Under the pieces are notes generated by a model. It had not been told where the DNA came from, searched no databases, and saw only the letters and a program-made list of their open reading frames with translations. The position numbers and the translations under genes were made by a program. From Alphaproteobacteria bacterium (GTDB lineage Bacteria > Pseudomonadota > Alphaproteobacteria > RF32 > CAG-239), in assembly GCA_045116295.1 (NCBI GenBank), contig JBGULQ010000005.1, positions 41,349 to 105,348 of the forward strand: a DNA stretch of 64,000 nt, given 5' to 3'. Below, piece after piece: positions 59,357 through 64,000 of the stretch; position 1 is the first letter of the stretch; the number at the start of each line of letters is the position of its first letter.

Positions 59357-60016
59357 CTAACCTTTTACACAAACATCAGGGGAGCGCAAATATAATGGCT
59401 TTGGATAATCTAAAGTTTTTTTAATATAACGATTCTCACCGCATCTGGCAATGGCTACAATTGGCGGCAGTTCTTCCATTTTAATGGCGTGCAAACTCAG
59501 TCCGGAAGGCTGATTCAAAAAACGTTCTACGCCGTCACCGGTAAACGAGATTTTATGATTTCTTAGCCGACTTATGATATCATCATATATCAAGGCTTGA
59601 GGATCGCAGATAGGTTTTTTGTTCTGGTCAAAAGCCTGAAAATAAAAATCACTTCGTTTAGTTTCAATAATTACGGCATTGACTTCGGCCAGTTCATCGG
59701 GCTGCATATCTTCAATATATGCCTCAAAAGCCGAAACTCCGGTAAGCCCTATATCAGGCAAAGCCAATCCTAGTGTTCTTGCTGCAGATAGTGATGAGCG
59801 CACACCGGTAAAAGAGCCCGGCCCCGTGCAAACAGTAATCAAATCAACGTTGTCGATCGTCAGCTTATTATCGCTCAAAAGTTTTTGTATTGCCGGCATT
59901 AATGCTTCTGCTTGTCCAAAATCCATCTTCTGCACTGATTTTGCGATTGTAGAACCATCTTTTGTCAGGACAACGGAACAACTCTGTGCGGTGGTATCAA
60001 ATGCTAAATTAATCAT
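59357..60016 (-). CDS. tsaB: tRNA threonylcarbamoyladenosine biosynthesis protein TsaB (YeaZ)
   Basis: The N-terminus INLAFDTTAQSCSVVL is present. It is an inactive Kae1/TsaD paralog. The ATG is at 60016; the track's longer start is at 60031. Confidence 0.85.
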   Translation of the reverse strand: MINLAFDTTAQSCSVVLTKDGSTIAKSVQKMDFGQAEALMPAIQKLLSDNKLTIDNVDLITVCTGPGSFTGVRSSLSAARTLGLALPDIGLTGVSAFEAYIEDMQPDELAEVNAVIIETKRSDFYFQAFDQNKKPICDPQALIYDDIISRLRNHKISFTGDGVERFLNQPSGLSLHAIKMEELPPIVAIARCGENRYIKKTLDYPKPLYLRSPDVCVKG

Positions 60017-60109
60017 CTTTCTGTTTACCAATTTACTTTTATAATTTACTTACAACTTCATTAACTTATATTATATACAACGAAAATAACAATATTTTTT
60101 TGAATACAG

Positions 60110-61795
60110 ATGAGTAAAGAACTGCTTTTGAATATGTTTTATGCGGCACCTGAGTTATGGTATACTCTTTTGGTGCTATTGCTCATGCTAGTCGCAGTTA
60201 TTGTTTTTTTGTACTACAACATATTGAAACTCCGTCGCAAGAACTATTTTATTCAACGTAACGAAGACCGCTATGCCGAAACAATGAATGCGTGCAAAGA
60301 CGGCTATTACATTTTTATCTATCCTGATGATCGCATAAACGATTCGCAGCAGTCAACATCAGAACATTGCTCGCGCCGTTTGGCAGTAATCCTTGATTTG
60401 CCTAACGGGATAAATTCTTCCTTTGGCGAGGTTATGCATCATTTTTACAAAGATGATGCTGAAAAAATTCGTAAATATGTAAATCTGTTGCAAGAAGACG
60501 GAGTATCTTTTGAAAATAAATTTGTGCTTAAATCTGGCAAAACCCTAAATTTAAGCGGGGCGCGGATAAGCGGATCCGACGGAAGTATTTACGGCGATAT
60601 AGTTTGGTTTCGCGACATTAGTGGCGAGGCAACCTATGTTGATAGAATGGTAAAAGAGCAAAGCAAACTAAAAAAACAGCTCATACATCTTGAAGCCTTA
60701 ATTGACAATTTGCCCTATCCTGTATGGCTGAGAAATTCAGATTTAGACCTTGAAATGATCAACAGAAAATATGCAGATTTTGTAGATTGCTTTGACAAGA
60801 GGGCCGTTATTGCCGGCAAAATGGAAATCGATAGCGGTAGTGATGACAGTCAAATCAAGCAGCTTGCCGTTGCAGCACAAAGTGATAATCGTCCGCACAG
60901 TTGCCACATCAGTCGCAATCGCGACGGCCGTCGTTTTTGTTTTGAAGCTATTGAAACACCTTTTCATACCGAAGATAGCCTTGATAAGATTGCAACTGTC
61001 GGTGCCCTTTATAACATCAGCGAACTTGACGAACTCAAGCATAACATAAAAGAAAATCAAAACTCCAACCTCGAGATATTAGGAACACTTGGAACGGCAT
61101 TTGCTGTTTTTGATAACAACTTTAAGCTATCATTTTACAATCAGGCATTTAAAACTCTATGGCGATTTGACGATGAATGGTTGAATACCGGAAGAACATA
61201 TGGCAACTTCTTGGACAATCTGCGTGAACGTCGCCTTCTTCCTGAAGTCCCTGATTATCCTTATTTCAAAAATGAAGAGCAGAAAATGTTCAGCACCATT
61301 ATCGAGCCTAAGGAAGACTTATTGCACCTGCCTGATGGCAGATCTCTGCGGCGCGTTCGAGCGCAGTATCTTAAAGGCGGGCTTGTTTTTGCCTTTGAAG
61401 ATATTTCAGACCGTCTTGCCGCAAGTCGTGAATATAACTCACTCATGAGTGTCCAACAAGAAATACTTAACAACATAGAAGAAGCCGTGCTGATTTTTGG
61501 CGGAAATGGCCGCTTAAAACTTTACAATCAAGCATATGTCGAACTCTGGAATGCACCTGTGAATGAACTTGATAATGAGCCTACATTTAATGATTTGATA
61601 GAGATGCAAAAACCGTTCTTTAGTGACGTTGCCAACTGGCAAGAACTCAAAAAAGACATTGTAAAGCATCTTTTCAGCAACAATACCAAGACTTTCAGCC
61701 TGCGTCGCAATGGCGGTGATACGGTTGAATGTTTTTCAACATTGCTTTCAAATGAGTCAATTATGGTTTTGATGCACAAGCTTGCTGAGGTTTAA
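60110..61795 (+). CDS. membrane-anchored multi-PAS domain protein lacking a kinase core
   Basis: One N-terminal TM helix is followed by 3-4 PAS-like repeats that end in DIS/DIT-type motifs (FRDISGE, YNISELDE, FEDISDRL). No HisKA or HATPase follows. Confidence 0.7.
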   Translation: MSKELLLNMFYAAPELWYTLLVLLLMLVAVIVFLYYNILKLRRKNYFIQRNEDRYAETMNACKDGYYIFIYPDDRINDSQQSTSEHCSRRLAVILDLPNGINSSFGEVMHHFYKDDAEKIRKYVNLLQEDGVSFENKFVLKSGKTLNLSGARISGSDGSIYGDIVWFRDISGEATYVDRMVKEQSKLKKQLIHLEALIDNLPYPVWLRNSDLDLEMINRKYADFVDCFDKRAVIAGKMEIDSGSDDSQIKQLAVAAQSDNRPHSCHISRNRDGRRFCFEAIETPFHTEDSLDKIATVGALYNISELDELKHNIKENQNSNLEILGTLGTAFAVFDNNFKLSFYNQAFKTLWRFDDEWLNTGRTYGNFLDNLRERRLLPEVPDYPYFKNEEQKMFSTIIEPKEDLLHLPDGRSLRRVRAQYLKGGLVFAFEDISDRLAASREYNSLMSVQQEILNNIEEAVLIFGGNGRLKLYNQAYVELWNAPVNELDNEPTFNDLIEMQKPFFSDVANWQELKKDIVKHLFSNNTKTFSLRRNGGDTVECFSTLLSNESIMVLMHKLAEV

Positions 61796-61849
61796 TTATT
61801 TGACAAATGTCTTAATTTTTCTTACACTGTAACAAAACATATTTAGGCA

Positions 61850-62929
61850 TTGGTTATGGACGACGATATTTTTTCTGACCCTAAAAAGGCACAAGATAAC
61901 AAAGAAGATTCCAACATGGATTGGAAAAAAAGCGGCATTGATAAAAATGAGCGTATAACACGAAAGATTGACGCTCAAGAGGCCAATGCATACAATGCTA
62001 ACAAAAGTCGTGATACAAAGCCTAAAATAAAAGCAAGGATTCCCGTTGATGTCCCGAAGGGCTTTAAAAAAATTCGCAAAAAAATCCGCGATGTGTATGA
62101 TGAAGAAGAGGACGATGACGGCGACTATATTTTAGTTCCGGTTTTTGAGGATAGGGAAATTTCCTCTCTTGAGCGCGCTCTCACTCCGCAGGAAAAGAAG
62201 CAGCTTGCACAGATGGAAGCGCAACAGCCTGAAGATATAAACATCCGGCAATCAATTGATCGCGATATCAAACTTCGCCAGGTTGAAACGACACTTAAAA
62301 AAGCGGGTATTGAGGTCGCGCATAAAACCATTGAACAACAACGCACACAAGCAACTAATGTAGACGCTAAAAGTCTGGCAGAAGAGGGGCTTAAAAAACG
62401 CCGCAAGCAAAAAGAAAAACAAACACCTGTCATTAAAAATGATGCCACAGTCAAACCCGCCAAAGAGCTTCCAAAGATCAAAGATCCTGAAACAAAAGAG
62501 ATTCGCAAAGCTTTAATTGATGATGCTGAAAAAGACAAACAGTCAATCCAAAAAAATATTGAACGGAAAGAACAAGAAAAATCAGAAATAAACACTGTTA
62601 CAAAAGAAAAACAAACCAAAATTCAGGAAGCAGAAAAAACTCAAGTAAAAGAAGAACAAACTCCAACCAAAGGACCAGAAAAACAACCGGAAGAACCACA
62701 GCCTGAAAAAGATATCCAGCCTGATAACAGAAAAGATATCCAGCCTGATAACAGTAAACCATCTGCAGAAAAAACTCAAACTTCTGATGAAGAAGCAGTT
62801 CGTCGTCTAATATTGGAAAAAAGCGGCCGCATAACACCGGAACCGGAGCCCGAAGAGAAAAAAGAACAATTAGAAAGAGAAATAGCGCAAAACCAAAGAC
62901 AGCTCAGGCGAGATGACTACAGCAGATAA
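61850..62929 (+). CDS. highly charged K/E/D/Q-rich low-complexity protein (359 aa)
   Basis: The composition is extreme in charged residues with no TM helix or signal peptide. It contains a 2 x 24-bp tandem repeat. Confidence 0.55.
   Translation: MVMDDDIFSDPKKAQDNKEDSNMDWKKSGIDKNERITRKIDAQEANAYNANKSRDTKPKIKARIPVDVPKGFKKIRKKIRDVYDEEEDDDGDYILVPVFEDREISSLERALTPQEKKQLAQMEAQQPEDINIRQSIDRDIKLRQVETTLKKAGIEVAHKTIEQQRTQATNVDAKSLAEEGLKKRRKQKEKQTPVIKNDATVKPAKELPKIKDPETKEIRKALIDDAEKDKQSIQKNIERKEQEKSEINTVTKEKQTKIQEAEKTQVKEEQTPTKGPEKQPEEPQPEKDIQPDNRKDIQPDNSKPSAEKTQTSDEEAVRRLILEKSGRITPEPEPEEKKEQLEREIAQNQRQLRRDDYSR
62707..62754 (+). repeat. 24-bp perfect tandem duplication (AAAAGATATCCAGCCTGATAACAG x2)
   Basis: It encodes KDIQPDNR and KDIQPDNS inside the K/E-rich ORF. 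Confidence 0.9.
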
Positions 62930-63991
62930 CTATAAATATTCGTTTGCCTGATTTGCACTGACTTTTTGGAGCAGATTATCAACGATTGCTTCCATATTTT
63001 CATCTTCTTTTGATTCTATTATATAAACGATTTTTGTTTCTCTCTCAGTAAGAGGAACATTAATGCCCATACCATCATAAAATCTTTGGCTTTTTTGTGC
63101 CATTTCATCAGCATTATGCCGTTTTCCTTGTTCATTATACAGCATTGCCAACATTTTATTTGCATTTGCAATTTGTTGCGTGTAAATTCCCTCATCGGCC
63201 AAATTTATGACATTAGAATATGCCCAAACAGCCTTATCAGTCTTTTCGGTTTGAACATACATATCCCCAATTCTTCCCCACGCGGTAATATTTCGAGGAT
63301 TCAACTCTATAGCCAACTCAAAAGCTGCGGCCGCTAGATCTTTGTTTTCAAACGCGGCTAAAGTGCCGAATATAGTAGCACAGTTTGATGTTTCACACCA
63401 CCTTCGCTCTTTTTCCTCAGGATCCGGAATACGCTTAATTTTTGCAATATTGCTGTCAATCAACGCCTCCAACAAGACCAAAGCCAGCGAGCAATCTCCT
63501 TTTGCAATATGAAAAATTGCGGCATTTTCTTGAGGCAACATTTTATCGGTATCTATTTTTTTGAAACGCTTGTTAAGACACAAATAAATAAAAAACTTAA
63601 TTGCTGTAATCGTTTGGATTATATCATCTTCAGTGTTAAGGTGCTGATTTTTATACATTATTGTCTGAGCTATTTTGGGTTCGTCAACACCTCTCTGCAA
63701 CAAATCAACAATTAACCCTAATAATTTTTCAAGTTTTTGCGGTTTAAGTCGATACTGATAATCACCTGATATTTTAAAATCTACATCAGAGAACGTAGCG
63801 TTCTTATCCCAATCAAAATCGATTTCCTGTGAGTACTTTATATGATTATTATTTACAACTTCGTCATCTTCTGTCGTAACTATTTTACGGTCTAATCGCG
63901 GGTCAATACCGGCCAGTATTTTCTTTTTTGCTCTTCTTTCGTTCCGTGCTGTCCGCAAAACTGTTTTTATGTACCAAACAAAAATTAGCAC
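62930..63991 (-). CDS. TPR-repeat protein
   Basis: TPR-like helices are present (AAAAFELAIELNPRNITAWGRIGDMYVQTEK ...). The ORF runs to within 9 nt of the window end, so the start is uncertain. Confidence 0.65.
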   Translation of the reverse strand: MLIFVWYIKTVLRTARNERRAKKKILAGIDPRLDRKIVTTEDDEVVNNNHIKYSQEIDFDWDKNATFSDVDFKISGDYQYRLKPQKLEKLLGLIVDLLQRGVDEPKIAQTIMYKNQHLNTEDDIIQTITAIKFFIYLCLNKRFKKIDTDKMLPQENAAIFHIAKGDCSLALVLLEALIDSNIAKIKRIPDPEEKERRWCETSNCATIFGTLAAFENKDLAAAAFELAIELNPRNITAWGRIGDMYVQTEKTDKAVWAYSNVINLADEGIYTQQIANANKMLAMLYNEQGKRHNADEMAQKSQRFYDGMGINVPLTERETKIVYIIESKEDENMEAIVDNLLQKVSANQANEYL

Positions 63992-64000
63992 AAAAAACAG

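Noticed and set aside
62707-62754. Possible CRISPR-like repeat
   Set aside because: It has only two perfectly tandem 24-bp units with no spacers. It lies inside a coding region and encodes a duplicated peptide.

Overview
This 64 kb window is an AT-rich (roughly 36-38% GC by eye) alphaproteobacterial chromosome segment. The gene content and local synteny look like Rhizobiales or a host-associated, reduced-genome relative. Conserved neighbourhoods include lepB-rnc-era, nth/tsaD, coaE-dnaQ, rho ... mnmE-mnmG-rsmG-parA-parB, rpsT-dnaA-dnaN-recF, ffs-dnaX-ybaB-recR, ctpA-rppH, mltA-smr-tim44/secB, and a short alpha-type HprK plus EIIA-Man plus HPr. I support about 68 protein-coding genes, one SRP RNA, two perfect parS sites, and several intrinsic terminators. 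I see no transposase or integrase, no CRISPR array, and no tRNA or rRNA. The backbone is housekeeping and origin-proximal in character, but it is interrupted by small inserted genes and its order differs from the Rhizobiales arrangement as I remember it. The most notable signals are listed below.

- An archaeal/eukaryote-type ADP-dependent sugar kinase homolog (ADP-GK/PFK family) sits next to a HemX/Mic60-like coiled-coil membrane protein, immediately beside tsaD where hemC/hemD would be expected.
- An HD-domain hydrolase and a PHP (HisJ-type) phosphoesterase are wedged between mnmG and rsmG and translationally coupled to mnmG.
- A membrane-anchored SAM methyltransferase lies between mnmE and mnmG.
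- dnaX contains an A10 run at the expected tau/gamma boundary, with stop codons one and three codons downstream in both alternative frames.
- A secreted-protein gene is frameshifted at a T5/A5 homopolymer.
- A pair of identical ACCAT-N5-ATGGT palindromes, 124 bp apart, overlaps a predicted promoter.
- An unannotated 36-aa Cys-containing peptide gene has a strong ribosome-binding site and a terminator.
- Six GANTC (CcrM) sites cluster upstream of dnaA.

All coordinates I derived by hand (motifs, starts) may be off by a nucleotide or two.
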